Positions 37,801 through 49,049 of a DNA stretch of 64,000 bases are shown piece by piece (the first letter of the stretch is position 1; each line of letters begins with the position of its first letter). The translations under genes were made by a program, and so were the position numbers. Under the pieces are notes generated by a model. It worked only from the letters and a program-made list of their open reading frames with translations, made no database searches and was not told the DNA's origin. Source of the DNA: Takakia lepidozioides (lineage: Eukaryota > Plantae > Bryophyta); contig CM060732.1 in the NCBI GenBank assembly GCA_030704615.1, forward strand, positions 80,972,001 to 81,036,000. Reading direction: 5' to 3'.

Positions 37801-40800
37801 CCCACTACCTTTCGGCGCCTCTATCTCCTTCCCTCCCTCTCTCCCATAAGCTCTATGAGCTTTTCGCGGACGTTATAAAGCACCATTTCATTTCATTTCT
37901 CTTGTTTTTTCCATTTTGTCCCATAAGCTCTTTGAGCTTTCCACGGACGTTATAAAGTACCATTTCGTTTCATTTCATTTCATTTCTGCTTGCTGTGGGC
38001 GCCACTCTCTTGTTTGTTTCTTGCTCTCTCTTTCCCTTGAGCAAGTGGGTTACCAACTTTGAAGGTCTCGAGGCTGAGCCAAAAGCTCATGCCCTTTTGG
38101 GGCCTAGTTATTGGGCAAACCACACACAGCAGATTGATGCTTGTGTGAAGGGATTCTAGGGGATATCTGGAAAACTCTTATTTGTTGTCTGTTCCAAGGT
38201 AAGTCATACTACCAGCGTCAGTCCCTGACAAAGATAGTTTCTGTCTTTTTGTGTTCCACTCAAACTGAGCGCCGGGAAGGCTACAGCAAACGACGTCTTA
38301 TGAGTACATTCTTTCCCTTGAGCAAATGTTGCTTTAGGGCTGCTCGTGGAGGGCCCCTCTCCCGTTATAAAGTACCATTTCATTTCTCTTTCTTGTGTCT
38401 TGACAAGAACCATTCAAGACGTAGGAAGGACAAGGACAAGGACCATAGCAAGCTCCCCATGAGATGGAAGTTACCCAAAACTAATCCAAAACAAAAACAG
38501 GGGACTTCAGCCATAAGGCTAGAGGAAGCAAACTCCAATGAGTCCCTTTTGTGCTCCCAGTGGCTGTTACAAATTCTACGTCTCACTTTCATGACAAAAA
38601 GGCTATTGCAAAAATGCCTGGTCATCTCTCTTTAGAAGAGAAGTTTTTGGCAGCTTCACTGCTAAAGGAACCCCCTCTGTTAAGTTACCAGTTGCTATAA
38701 AGGGGTGAAAAACAAACAAACAAAGAATGTACTCATAAGACTTTGTTTGCCATAGCCTTGTGGCCATAGACCCCATGACAAACAAAGAGTGAATGAGAAA
38801 GAGGAACTTTACCACATCTGCAGGAAGCTTATGGGGCAAAGGAAAAATAAAGAAGACATAAAAGTAGGCCCCCCCAACAACCAGCCACCACAAGCATCCA
38901 ACTACAATTCAAATTCGAGAGATTATCTAAGGTGGAGAGCCTCCTGTCGATAGGCCACAAGACATGTCTGATCCTCATAATGGAACAGTTCAGTCAGGGA
39001 GTAGCTGTCTGTTGAAAAGTTAAAAAAGTAGCCCTGGACTTGAGAATGGGGAACCTACCTGTGTCATGCGGAGTGCGAGGCTTAGTTTGTTGCGCCACAT
39101 AACACGTATTTCCCTCTTAAGCAAAAGAAGAAACTCCGGTTTGAGGTCCAAGATATAGTTCCTCTCAAACTGGCGACCATGAGTGCCCACCACCTGTAAA
39201 CATCCCCATCCACAATTTGAATATATCTTATTTTCCATGCAAGACAATGATATTAGGTGCATTTAAAGCCTCACCTCATTTGGAAGCTTCATAGTCATTT
39301 ATTACCTGTTCTCTATCTCCGGTTTCATAACCTGTCTGGGCTCTCTGTAGATGTTTCTATCTCCTTTTTTCACGATCAAAACAAGCTGCTGGAGTGCACT
39401 CCAGCTAAGGCTAGAATCTGTCCTCTTTGTACGACCCAGGAAATAGAGACAGAGTCCATTGCCTTCTCCTGTCCGGCATACTATAAGATCCAAAGATGAT
39501 ACCATACCCAATCTCTGGTAGAAGCTTTCAGCTTTTGAGGACCTGAAGTGCCTGGCAGTGATGGGGCACTTTGCCTTCAGGCATCATCTCATATTTTGCA
39601 AAGTGGTTTCTAGTTGTTCTACTTTGTCCCCGGGCCCTCAGGCCCTCAGGTCCCACTGTGGACAGTATATGATTTTTGTATCCTTCCCTTGCTCAAATCC
39701 ACTCACAATAGACCCACTATACACAGCCCCAGAGGAAACATAACCAATATTTACCTCTCTAAAGGGTCGCTCTAATTGCAGGCGCACTGGCTCTGCCACT
39801 TGCTCAATGGCCATTGCAAGTCCGCCCGTGAGCGATCTATCCAAGGCTCTGTCATTGGTGTTGAAATACTTCAGCATTTCACCAGCTCCTCCCACTGCCA
39901 CAACTTCATCTCCAGGAGCTACCCCCGTTGTTTGGTCCATAGAGACTTCAGCAAGGCTGCCCCCTTTCTCTACCACTGCAGCCACAAGTGTGGATATTTT
40001 CTTTGCTATTCCATTCCCGTTGTTTGGTCGGCTTTCAGTAAACCCAAGCCCCAACGGTCTGTTTCCCTGTGAATTCATGGCAGGTCAAGCTGCAAACCAA
40101 AATGAAGAAAAACCTATTCACACACATCCCCTGCATATCTGTGCTATTCTCACACTGTGCTCAATACAACTGTCTCTTCAGAGATGGTTCACATCTGGCA
40201 GAGGCATTTAGTCCCTTGGTTTGATGCAAAGATGGAGGGGTTCAACCAAGGGTGGAAGTCACTACCTGTACCCAGAGCTCCTGAACAAGGTCGACGTTGT
40301 TGACAACTCTGCGAATGTCCCGGAAGGTGGGAGACAGAAGATAGCTGGCCACAAAGTCTTCATGCACAAGTTGGGGATATCCAGGCTGCAGAAATCGGCT
40401 ACCCCCAGGTGTTGTCACCTCCGCCAGAAACTCACTGACAGTCAAATGCCTGGGCTTCACGTACCTGAAACATATGCAGGACACATGACATAAGTTTCAG
40501 AACCCGAAAATTGAGATGTGTTTTGAATGGAATACACTTTTACGAGAAGTGGCTATATCCATTGCCTACCCGAGACTTTCGAAATAAGGAAGGGCATCCT
40601 GACGAGGGCCCTGGAACATAACTTGGCCTCCATCCAGCAGAATAAGGCGATCAAAAAGCTCAAAAACCTCAGGAGAAGGCTCCACCAGTGATGCCATTAC
40701 TGCAGTTTGCCGAACCCGACTAAAGATTCGAACACTGGACACCAGATCGAAGGTCGCTGCATCCTCCACCCCTGTGTGCAAATTGCAGAAGTTTAGCAGG

Positions 40801-43800
40801 GGAGACAGCTAGACACAGGGTGTCAGAAAACCAAACCCCAGAAATCCAACAGAAATGAAATGAAATTATAACAACAGAGAAAGGAGAAGGGAAAAGAAAG
40901 ATTGAGGGCAAAGGAAGAAGTTCAAGATAAATATGACTTGTCAAACACTCATCACCATGTAACACAGCTACAGTACTTTGAAGTACACAATTAATAAGCG
41001 AAATAAGTTTACACAGGCATTTGAACTAATTATAGGCAATGTAGATAAACCCATATACCAAGAACGTTCCACATACATTCACACTGGATCTGTAGCTAGG
41101 ATGTATGTAACTTGATCTGTCAACAAGAGCCACTATGACTTCCTTACTGCCATGTGTGTGGGCTGCAGAATCTTGACAATTTTGTTAGGGAAAGTTGATT
41201 TTGATCAAGGATTAGTGGCAATTGCAACGCTGGCAGCTTATTCTGCGCAAATATAGGGATCTACTGCTGAGATCTATATACCTAGATGTAAATGCATAGA
41301 GATAAACTACATATTGACACATTATCACAGTCTTAAAGTATGTTACATATGTGGTGCACTGTGGGAGGAGAATTCACCAGTGTTGAGCTGATCAAAAAGA
41401 TAGACAGCATAGGTGCCCGCAATCATCTCAGCAGTGGTCAACCGATGCCGCTCATCCTCCGTCAGTGAGGGCCTCATTGGGCTACCAACCGGCCGGCCAG
41501 CAACTTTCTTCAAACCCATCATACTTATAGTCAATTCCAGTTTTGGGTCTTGGCCAAACTTGAGGGCCTCGCCCATGACCTCTTGCAACTCCTGGCCTAA
41601 GTCTTTTGCGGTCAAGGCTTGTGAACATTCACGAGCAAATTCAAGTGTTTCCCGCACTGTAAGAGGGGCTAGGTGTACATCCCGTGGGTCCACTACAGCT
41701 GCCAGACGGTTGATCAAAATGTCATGCACCTTGTTCCCGTTATAAGTCACAGTACCGTCAAGGTGGCTGCCTGGAGGAACCTGCATGCCTGCTATCACTT
41801 TGTGTAGAGTGCTTTTGCCACATCCTGGGGGCCCTGAAAATCATGTTGAATGACAACGGGAGTTAATCTCAACTTTAATTTGGGCACTGGTCAATAAAAG
41901 AAGGTAAGTCTAAACAAATTACTGTAATCTGCAACAATAAGTCTACTTTCTGTTCAATTAGTGTCAGTACTGTAGCTTGCCCTCTCATACAATTACTCAT
42001 CCTCAGATTAAAACAGACTTCCTCAGTCTGTCTTTGTGTTCCCTTCCCATAAGCTACTAGGCTTCCTGTGGGTGTACACACACCACACACCAGGTCAGAA
42101 GCCATTCTAATTTGTTTTGGAGACAGTTTAGGTCACAGGCCGTTCACAATCCCTGTGGACATAGTAATCTAATTGAAAGTTCCTTTCTTTCTTGCTCCGA
42201 GATGATAGAATCTTGAGAGCAAATTACCTTTCAGCATCCTTATCTCCTTCCCTCCTGAGGGCATTGGGGCGGTTCAGGGTGGGTTCCCACAACTACGGAT
42301 AGAGACTGGAAGATGGGAAAACCTGCAACGAGAGGACCGCCTATGTCCAGCTTGCATGGGGCAGAAACTGAAGAACATTCTCCTACTGCCCTCTATACTA
42401 CGAGATCCGTGGGAGATTCCACTGTCTATTCAGTGGAACCCAATCTCTCACGAAGTCTTCCACTATGAGGATCAGAAATGCTTGGCAGCTTACCTGCACG
42501 AGGCCTTCACCCTTAGACAATCACTAGACATGAGTTCTTATTCTTGGGTTCTGGTTTTGTTTCCTCTCTCATGTTCTTTTCTTCCATTCTGTCCCATAAG
42601 CTCTATGAGCTTTCCAGGGACGTTATAAAGCACCATTTCACTTCATTTCATTTCTTGCTTTCCTTCTCATTTCAACTGATGAAGTAGACCAGAAGAGATT
42701 TATCACTTCATAGGAAGCCCACAGGACCGAATGTGATTTCTAAAATCAAACTGGGGTTGGTGCAGGTAGGCGCCAACCTGCTGGTTGCTTTTTAGTCTGT
42801 CCAGTTTCAAAGTTTTTACGGCTTGTTTAGTTTCTTTGTTGTGGTTTGCTCGCATAATTCTTTGGTTCTATGCCCTTCCTGGGTTCCTTGATGTTTCTTG
42901 TGTATCTTCTAGTTCAACAGGCCTGTGACAGTGGTCTGTACTTGTTTGTTTCATGTTACTGGCAGGGGTTTCCCTCTTCCACCTCTTTATAAAGGGGGTA
43001 ATTGCATTTACAAAAACGAAAAACAAACTGGTGCACCATCCAAACTGGGCATAGGGTCTAAGCCTGAAAGAAATTACCTACTACAAGGGTAAGGGTACCG
43101 GGCATGAGGTACCCAGACACGTCTTTCAACAGAATTGCATCCTGCAGAGTCGGCTTCGCCAGCGGACGTTTGATCAGCCCCATCAGCTGGCAATTTCCCC
43201 TCCCATGCCCCATGTGAGTGGTCGAATGCACAAAGGCAAAAGAGTTGTGCAGATGTAGTGATAGAACCCAAGAATAGACATTGATTGCTTCCCTGTGAAA
43301 ATTTGCCTATCATGAAGCCCAGGTCCCTATATTGCTCGCCCACACTAGTGACAGCCAGTCTGCTGGCATTCAGTGAGTGTTCATTTGATGCTGACAGCAG
43401 GGCCATATTCGAAAGAATTCGGCACTGCTTAGTAGGCCCCTACCTCCAGAGCCTACCAACCACAGAATCTTAGATGCAGTTGTGCTTGAATTGCCACTGA
43501 CCCTGTTGTATGAGGGAGAGCTGGAGGTAAAGAGCAGAAGGACAGACAGAGGTATTAACTAGACTTGGCCTCACTGTAGCCTTGTAGCCTTGTGACAATA
43601 CTTCCCGTCAGGTGTGCAAGCAGGCAAAGTGAAGGGACTACCCTTCGGGATCGCACATCGGAGAATACAACAGAAGGAGGCAACATACTAACTGGAAATT
43701 CAGCCTAGTCCCAGACAGATTGAACTATAAAGGAACTCACCTTAGTGTACATGGTTTCATAGCCAGTATCCGCTGTCACCTTGGATGAGTACGTTATTCC

Positions 43801-45409
43801 CTTGAACCTGACTACCTGCAAACACAGAAGGTAACAGAGACCTAAACCTTGTAGAAAGCTTTTCTGGGGTTTTAGCCCATCGGAGTTCAGGCCACAGTGG
43901 CCGTAATGCTCATGCACAACGATATCTATTTGTTACAGGGAAGTACCGTTGAATTAAGAGCTGGCATTGAATCGCCACGGGGAGCTCAAGAGGGTTATGG
44001 GACAAGAGGAAGAAATGAAATGAAAGGATACTTTATAACAAGAAAGACAGAGGGGCCACAAGCAGCCCAAAAGCAACTATTGCGCAAGGGATTTTCAAAG
44101 ACCCAACACTTCATGCAGGTAAGCTGCCAAGCATTTCTGACCATCATAATGGAACGTGGGGGAGGAGAGACAGAGCAGATAGAAATGAAATGAAATGGTA
44201 CTTTCCTCTGGGAATTTCCTATGGCCACTGGAGGCCCCAAGGGTCCAAGGGGCAAGAGTAGAACAGCAAAGAACCACTGACAAGCAAACTGTGGAGCCAC
44301 AGCATATACACAGTAGAGAGAGGATGATGTTTACTGGCACCAACCTGGCTGGGTATGGGAGGTAAATACGGGGTCACCATCAGCAAATACTTCAACAGCC
44401 CGTCCTTCAGAAGCAAGTCCATGCCTTGCAGCTCCCGTGCCATCTCTGCAAATTCAATGCCATCCTGCAACTCGCGGATCACGCTAGCAATTTTCTCGGC
44501 TTCTTTTTCAAGTCCATGATTCAGTAGAACCTGGTGATACAGGCCAACTACATGTATGAGTGATGCCTGGGGGGCTTCAGCCAAACAAGAGTAAAGCTCT
44601 CTTGACATATCCATGGTTGTCTCTTCCTCAACTGCGGCGGCAGCTGGGGATCTATGCCCAAAGGTTTTCAAATGCAAGCCTTCCTCAGACCGCTCCAAAG
44701 AATGATTATTGTCCCCATCCCTTTCATATTCACCTGCATTCAGTGGACAGACAACCAACAAGGTTGACAGTAATTGCCATAAGGCAACAGTGGTACTTTA
44801 CAGTCTCCAGCACGAAAACAATATTCGAAAGCAGATTACAAGAACACTTGATGAGGAGAGAGGATTCCTCGTACCTGTTCTGTAGTGAACAGCACTTGGT
44901 GTGGTAGCGTCTGTCCCTTCAGAGCTGTCCTGTGATCGCCTGCTTGATGCTCCAGGATAGCCCGTCGAGCGGACTCGACCTCCATTTCTTCTCAAGCATT
45001 GGAGACTAAGACTGCGATCTTTCCATTGGTCTAAGCCTTCCTGAAATAGACTTTCAGCACCAGTGAATACCACCTCTGGAGCTTCTCCTTGAATACTGCC
45101 ATGCATCACTGGCTGCACTCGGGAAGGACCGGATCGTCCCCTGCGCAACATTGGCTCGACATTCTCAGCCGGGGTAATGCCAAGCTCCCTGCCAAGTGTG
45201 TTTCCGCGACCGAGCTCCTGTCGTCGACCCGCCTGTTGCTGGCCAATTGGCCGCCTCACATCAGGGACAGTGTGGTGTACGCTTCTCACCTCCTCGGCTG
45301 CCTCGCTCGCCGGCACATCTGAGGCCTCGCTTTCTGCCGACGTGCTTTGATCCTCTGGAGTACGGTGACGACTCACATGCCGAATTGAGTCCCGGCGAGA
45401 ACCTTCCAT
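28825..45409 (-). CDS. Full-size ABCG (PDR-type) transporter-like protein, NBD1-(PDZ-like)-TMD1-NBD2-TMD2, ~1732 aa, 19 exons
   Basis: Phase-consistent GT-AG exons on -: 45409-44875, 44733-44345, 43815-43741, 43186-43078, 41833-41378, 40771-40570, 40464-40266, 40066-39755, 39193-39059, 36954-36700, 35794-35620, 35372-34987, 34787-34535, 34019-33808, 33573-33376, 33184-33035, 32169-31615, 30547-30374, 29253-28825. Motifs: Walker A GPPGCGKST and GCDGAGKTT; NPSIMFLDEPTKGLD; LKRGGETVYFG; YFEAIPG; ERAVYYKQ; YWIWAYYLDPLQW..INEF. Confidence 0.93.
29540..29656 (-). mobile_element. LINE 3' fragment in ABCG last intron
   Basis: gattgtctaagggtcaaggcctcg..caggtaagctgccaagcatttctgatc..atagtgga matches the family in reverse complement. 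Confidence 0.8.
30160..30199 (-). mobile_element. Very short LINE 3' end next to a (GA)n tract
   Basis: gaaatggtgctttataacgtccgcggaaagctcatagag. Confidence 0.8.
31063..31363. mobile_element. hAT-type MITE (301 bp) in an ABCG intron
   Basis: TIRs CAGTGTTGGGTGGA / TCCTCCCAACACTG (13/14 match); perfect 8-bp TSD GTCCTGAC at 31055-31062 and 31364-31371. Confidence 0.92.
31425..31466 (-). mobile_element. Short degenerate LINE 3' end
   Basis: gaaatgaaatggtagtttacaacatccacggaaagg. Confidence 0.65.
32327..32532 (+). mobile_element. 5'-truncated LINE copy in an ABCG intron
   Basis: gtcttccattatgaggatcagaaatgcttg..ttataaagtaccatttcgtttcatttc. Confidence 0.88.
35830..36337 (+). mobile_element. Longest LINE copy (RTE-X-like ORF2 C-terminus with CCHC motif, 3' UTR and ATTTC tail)
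   Basis: LGRFSVGSHNLRIETGRW..REDRLCPAC..ETEEHFFFYCPLYYEIR is the typical post-RT zinc motif of non-LTR retrotransposons; the tail is ccatttcatttcatt. Confidence 0.88.
37090..38386 (+). mobile_element. Cluster of ~8 head-to-tail LINE 3' ends in one ABCG intron
   Basis: Tails or 3' UTR cores at ~37182, 37407, 37472, 37704, 37750, 37899, 37986 and 38386, all on +. Confidence 0.85.
38905..39600. mobile_element. Two older degenerate LINE fragments (38905-38985 on -, 39305-39600 on +) on either side of ABCG exon 9
   Basis: ARICPLCTTQEIETESIAFSCPAYYKI resembles the family CCHC motif; gattatctaagg..ctgatcctcataatggaa. Confidence 0.65.
42229..42654 (+). mobile_element. 5'-truncated LINE copy in ABCG intron 4
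   Basis: Highly similar to 35910-36337, with small indels. Confidence 0.9.
43994..44202 (-). mobile_element. LINE 3'-end fragments in ABCG intron 2
   Basis: gaaatgaaatgaaaggatactttataa..caggtaagctgccaagcatttctgaccatcataatggaa, plus a second tail gaaatgaaatgaaatggtacttt. Confidence 0.8.
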
Positions 45410-45989
45410 TCGAGTGTTGTTGACTTCTCCCTTTCAAGATCCCTTCACAAGCTACAGCGGACACAATCAACTTTAAACTACGAAAGAAGAGGGGTACCCT
45501 CATGCCTTCCCTCCTGGGTCTGGGGTGCGTGGTAGACTTACTCAATAGACGCATTGACGAAGAGCATTTCGGAACATCTGATTTGCCAATGTGTCAAATT
45601 CCACTACCTTGCTGGTGCGAACCTTCAGCAAAGGCGCTGGCCCCCTGTTTTGGTCTCTTTCGGGCACCAAATTGGCAGCAGCGGGTCTGTGAATGATCCC
45701 GCCTTTCAATTGCACATCACAGGGAAAACCCGACCGCTACTGACTACATTCAGGAAAAATGAATTGTGATCAAACTTTCTAGCTATGGTGAAGCGAACTG
45801 CAAGCCCAAACACCTGTACATTTAATTGTCAAGGAGGACCCGCACAGTTCTTTAGCCGGGGAAACATGGCCATCAACTACCAGCCGCGAACAAAGAAGAG
45901 AAGAAAATCCAAGGGAATTCGATTGCACTCGCTGGAGCGAGAAGAAGAAGAAGAAGAAGAAGAGGTTTTACGACCACGGGAGAGCGAGA

Positions 45990-46096
45990 GAGGAGCCCTC
46001 CAGCAGCAGCCCAAAAACAACTATTGCTCAAGGGACTGTCTAAGAGTGAACGCCTCATACAGAATGTTGCTCAGCTTTTCTGATCCTCGTAATGGA
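45990..46096 (-). mobile_element. LINE fragment upstream of the ABCG ATG (possible 5' UTR intron)
   Basis: gcagcccaaaaacaactattgctcaagggactgtctaagagtgaa..ctgatcctcgtaatggaa. Confidence 0.7.
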
Positions 46097-47654
46097 ACAC
46101 CTCTGCGAGACATTGGCTATCTAGGAACATCTCCAACGTCGGAGGGAGGACAAACGCGCCCAAGGACAGAAAGAATGAGTGAGCGAGCTGACCGAATTTG
46201 AAGTTGCAGGGCCAATAGCCAGATCAACTCGGACAGTGCTCCTGCACAGCTGCCGAGATTGCATCCCCCCTGTCTTCACGGCCTTCTGCCAGCTCCCTTT
46301 ATCTGATTCATAATCGGAGAATTCAAGCTGGAGGACTCATCTTCGCCGGGTTCCTTTCATCAGCTGATTCACAAAGAGATACAATCCACCACTTACACAC
46401 ACACTTTCTCTCCCTCACCTCTCTCACCTCCTCATCCCTCCAATCTCCTCCAAACGCACCTCTCAAACAACGACAAATTGTGATCACCTCCCGAGCTCCT
46501 CAATTAGTAACCCCACCACTAATTTCTCTGCACTGACTCACCCCCGGCATTTGACTTTTGTGCGAAGTCAATCAAAACAATATTCTACCTAAAATGCACA
46601 CTCTTCCCCATGACGGCAGCACAACAAACGATCAAAAGCTGTGCCACTTAACTTACCCCGCAGACTCTCACGTTAACCTTCCTCCATTAATTTAGTTCTG
46701 TGTCTACAATTCAATGAATGAAAGCTCTCACTGCTAGGTATGTACTAACGACAGGGATCCATCACTGCTGCTACGTATGAGATATGAGATGAGGAATCCC
46801 GTAGAGCGGATCCGACTCCTGTGGCTGGGCTGAATCCCCCGTTCATTACGCAGAATTGAGTGAGAGAGGTAAAGCATGGTTTATTAGACACAGCAATGTT
46901 GGAGCGTGAATCTGTGAAGAAACTCGCAGGGGCCCGCCAGAGATGTCACATGCAGCAGCGAGAGACGGCATGGGAGTGCGGTGCGGATTGATCTCAGGTT
47001 TTGTTTGTTGTTTGTGGAGCGCGCAGATTGTGTCGAGTGTGGAAATGTGAGGAAAGGTCCAAGATGCTCTGCTGCTGCTCTGCTCTTCGCATTCCTTTGT
47101 CCTTTATCATTTTACTCTTTTACTGCTCAATCAACGAGTTCGCTTTCATTGCTGATCGTCGATGTCGCAGATCAAATTGTCCCTTCAGCCTCCTTCATTT
47201 TGTTACTGTGTTGGATTTCATTTTATCGTTTAAACTTAAACACTTGAATTAATATCCCATCCACTCGAATCGTGTACATGGATGATAAGTGTACGTCTGG
47301 ATAAGATTGACAGTAAGTAACGGAAATCAACATTTTACTTTTGTTTCCCAAATGTACCTGCTCTTTCTAATAATATAACTTAAAGGGTTTCAACTTTAAC
47401 GTTTCAACGTTTCAACGGCGAGGGAAAATTATACGAATAATATAAGAACTTAAATCAAACGTGCGATCCGACGTGCTTTCGCCGGATTCAGGCAGCGTCC
47501 GCTCCTCCGGGTGAACCCCTGGGCCCTGTCAGATCCTCCCCACCACTTCTTACCTCGGATTAACTACTAAATTCCCCTTAGAAAGCCGGAATATTTCTAA
47601 GGATATCGTAGTGGAGGCGGTGAGGTAGAGGGTTTGATTCAGGACGGGTTGGGT

Positions 47655-48078
47655 AGTGTAACCCTAGTCTGTGTTACCCCGGCTCCTCTGGTATGTGTAA
47701 CCCCGCACTGTGTCACCCTGTCTCGTGTACTCCTATTGGAGTGGCGTGTGCCACTCCCTTCGGTGTCACCTAGTGTAGCCCCCATTGGAGTTACACTCCC
47801 TTCAGTGTCACCCCATTCCACGTCACTCTTTGAGAGGGGTGGGAGAAGATTTGACATGCCAAAAACCGGCGTTCCAACCTGTCAGTTATCGCCCGTGTGC
47901 ATTAAGGTCTTACATTCAACGAGTCCTTCTTTTAAAAAAGAGAAAAAAAAGGAATATATATGAATCTACTATTTTTACATGTTTGACCTTCTTCATGTTA
48001 ATAATTAAAAGAGAAAGAAAAAGGAATATATATGAATCTACTATTTTTATATGTTTGTCCTCTTCAGGTAAATAATTA
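47655..48078. repeat. Short GTGTCACCC-type repeats followed by a ~70-bp direct tandem duplication
   Basis: gtgt(c/a/t)accc repeated at 47657-47813; aaaaggaatatatatgaatctactattttta.atgtttg occurs twice. Confidence 0.7.
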
Positions 48079-49049
48079 AAAGGATCCCAAGGGCACCGAG
48101 GCCCACCACCATCCAGCGCTCAGAAAAAGCGACTTGGGCCCTTCGATCAATTCCAGAAATAAAAGAACCCAAAAAAAACCGCAGGATTGCCATGATGTAA
48201 ACTACCTTCCTAGCCGTCAAAAGTAAAGGTATGGACGATCAAGATGAACCCACAAGAACCGCAACACAAGTTCTGGAAGGAAAGTCTGCAGCTTCGTGCT
48301 GAGCTGGACGGATGATTTCATTATTTCATCCGTTCGCCCTCCAGGCGGACTAGCGGATGAAAAAGTGAGGGCAGGTAACGGGGGACAGCCGCACGACCTT
48401 CGCGGGCGGCGTGGCGGGCTGTAAGTAGTCCGTACGGTGACTGCGGCGCGGAAGGCGGAAGCGGCGCCGCAATGAGGACAGATTGCGACAAGTTTACGTG
48501 TGTTATTCGGATCAACGTGGAATCAATTAGATTCCGAATATTATCACATTTGCAAGAGGATTCTTTCCGCCACAGACCTACCTGGAAAAGATAAATTATT
48601 AATGATATTACTATATTTTATTGGTCTTCTCTGTCTTTTATGAGCTCAAGCATGGATTTTACTCCAACAGAACAGTGTCTGGTCCTAGTAAGTATGCCCT
48701 CGGTAGCTTTTCTATATATATTTAAAAATGGAAACTTACCTGTGACAGCTCACAATTCATGCTCTTTACAGAGAAGGGGAAAAATTTGCGATGGTGAGTA
48801 GGGTAGGGTCGGGTAAGTTTTTCATTTGCATGGACTTTACATACTGCAACAGAACAGTTGTTTTTTTCCGAATATTATCACATTTGCAAAAGTGGGCCGA
48901 ACGGACGACCGTTGGCGAATAGGAGCTCCGCGTTTCGCGGTGAGAGGAGGCTCGCTCAACGGATACCCTAGTCCCTGATCGTTCTTAAGTATCTGCAAAT
49001 GTTTGAAGGATTCAGGCTCAGCCTCCTTCAAACTAGATTACCCTTCGCA

